Of a stretch of 64,000 nt of DNA, positions 62,892 to 64,000 are shown piece by piece. The stretch comes from Alphaproteobacteria bacterium. GTDB taxonomy: Bacteria; Pseudomonadota; Alphaproteobacteria; CALKHQ01. Both the position numbers and the translations under genes were made by a program. The stretch spans positions 2,560,001-2,624,000 of the forward strand of contig CBDDFZ010000001.1 of assembly GCA_965227515.1 (NCBI GenBank). Direction: 5' to 3'. How positions within the stretch are numbered: the stretch's first letter is position 1; the number at the start of each line of letters is the position of its first letter. Below the pieces are notes generated by a model. It worked only from the letters and a program-made list of their open reading frames with translations, had not been told where the DNA came from and searched no databases.

Positions 62892-64000
62892 ATGCTGTTT
62901 GGTGGCTCCACCGTGCAGGCTGCACGGCGTAATCGATTGGTAGTAAATGATAATTTGACGGCCCTGCAGGGTCGGGACGCGGAACAGGTTCTCCGCCGAA
63001 CATACCGGACCACGACGGCGCTGAGCGCCGCGGCCGCGGTTGCCGCGACGACGCTGGCACCTTCCATTGCCCTTGCGTTACCGCAGGACGGCAACGTGGT
63101 CGAGGGCCAGGCCGAGATCATCTACGGCTCGAACTCTGTCGAGATCGTCCAGGGCTCCGACCGGGTGATTATCGAGTGGTCGTCGTTCGACGTCGGCGTC
63201 GACGAGAGCGTCAACTTCGTCCAGCCCTCGCAGCTCGCCTCCGCACTGAACCGGGTGCTGTCGGGCCAGTCCTCCGCCATCCTGGGCTCGCTGACCGGCA
63301 ACGGCCAGATCACCATCGTGAACCCGGCCGGCATCCACTTCGGGGCGACGGCGAATGTCGACGTGGCGGCGATTACCGCGACGACCATCGACATCATCAA
63401 TGCCAATTTCATGGCCAACAATCTGGCGTTCGACCAGTTCAACGACGACTTCGCGAACGCGACCGTCACCAATGACGGCTCGATCACGGTGCAGGACAGT
63501 GGGCTGGCCGCATTGGTCGCGCCGGGCGTGGCCAACAACGGTATCATAGCCGCGAAGACGGGCGCGGTGGTGCTGGCGTCGGGCACCGCGTTCACCGTCG
63601 ACCCCTATGGCGACGGGCTGATCCAGTTCGCGGTCAACGCGCCGACGACCGAGGCGCCCGAGGGCATGGACGCCCTCGTCAGCAACTCGGGCGAGATCTA
63701 TGCCGACGGCGGCACGGTGATCCTGACCGCTGAGGCGGTCTCCGGCATCGTCGACAACGTCGTGAACATGGACGGCGTGATCCAGGCGCAGACCATCGAG
63801 GGCCGCAATGGCCAGATCGCCCTGGTCGGCGGTTCCGGTGCCGGTGCGGTCAACGTGGCCGGCACACTGGATGCCTCCGGCAACGACGCCGGCGAGGCTG
63901 GCGGCACGGTGCACGTGCTGGGCGACCAGGTGGCGCTGAACGTCGGCGCGAACGTCGACGTCTCCGGTGCGGCCGGCGGCGGCGAGGCGCTGATCGGCGG
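62892..64000 (+). CDS. Second TpsA/FHA-like exoprotein, 5' part (runs off the window; absent from the ORF track)
   Basis: ATG at 62892 is in frame with LQGRDAEQVLRR...ALALPQDG and a TPS domain nearly identical to 46140-47180. Confidence 0.92.
   Translation, partial: MLFGGSTVQAARRNRLVVNDNLTALQGRDAEQVLRRTYRTTTALSAAAAVAATTLAPSIALALPQDGNVVEGQAEIIYGSNSVEIVQGSDRVIIEWSSFDVGVDESVNFVQPSQLASALNRVLSGQSSAILGSLTGNGQITIVNPAGIHFGATANVDVAAITATTIDIINANFMANNLAFDQFNDDFANATVTNDGSITVQDSGLAALVAPGVANNGIIAAKTGAVVLASGTAFTVDPYGDGLIQFAVNAPTTEAPEGMDALVSNSGEIYADGGTVILTAEAVSGIVDNVVNMDGVIQAQTIEGRNGQIALVGGSGAGAVNVAGTLDASGNDAGEAGGTVHVLGDQVALNVGANVDVSGAAGGGEALIG

Overview
High-GC alphaproteobacterial (Rhodospirillales-like, inferred from gene content) chromosomal window. 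The first ~45 kb holds housekeeping and accessory genes: peptide and sugar ABC transporters, a gmd-fcl GDP-fucose glycosylation cluster, phaC, alaC-hom, cpdB, sapC, tRNA-Cys, the conserved pcm-tolC-popZ-valS block, hipBA with three operator repeats, and dadA. The last ~18 kb is dominated by a 4762-aa TPS/filamentous-haemagglutinin-like beta-helix exoprotein and the start of a second paralogue with a near-identical secretion domain. The best candidate for a new system is this tandem adhesin locus. Both genes have a CtrA-type TTAA-N7-TTA(A/T) box exactly 98 bp before the ATG, and the complete copy ends in two PAAG motifs flanking a Cys pair, resembling the LapG-cleaved, Cys-hook-tethered adhesin CdrA. 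Three families of palindromic intergenic repeats are present; one is a ~180-bp REP doublet with an IHF-consensus site at a fixed offset. No CRISPR array, transposase, integrase or rRNA was seen. All calls are by eye from sequence motifs; no database searches were run.
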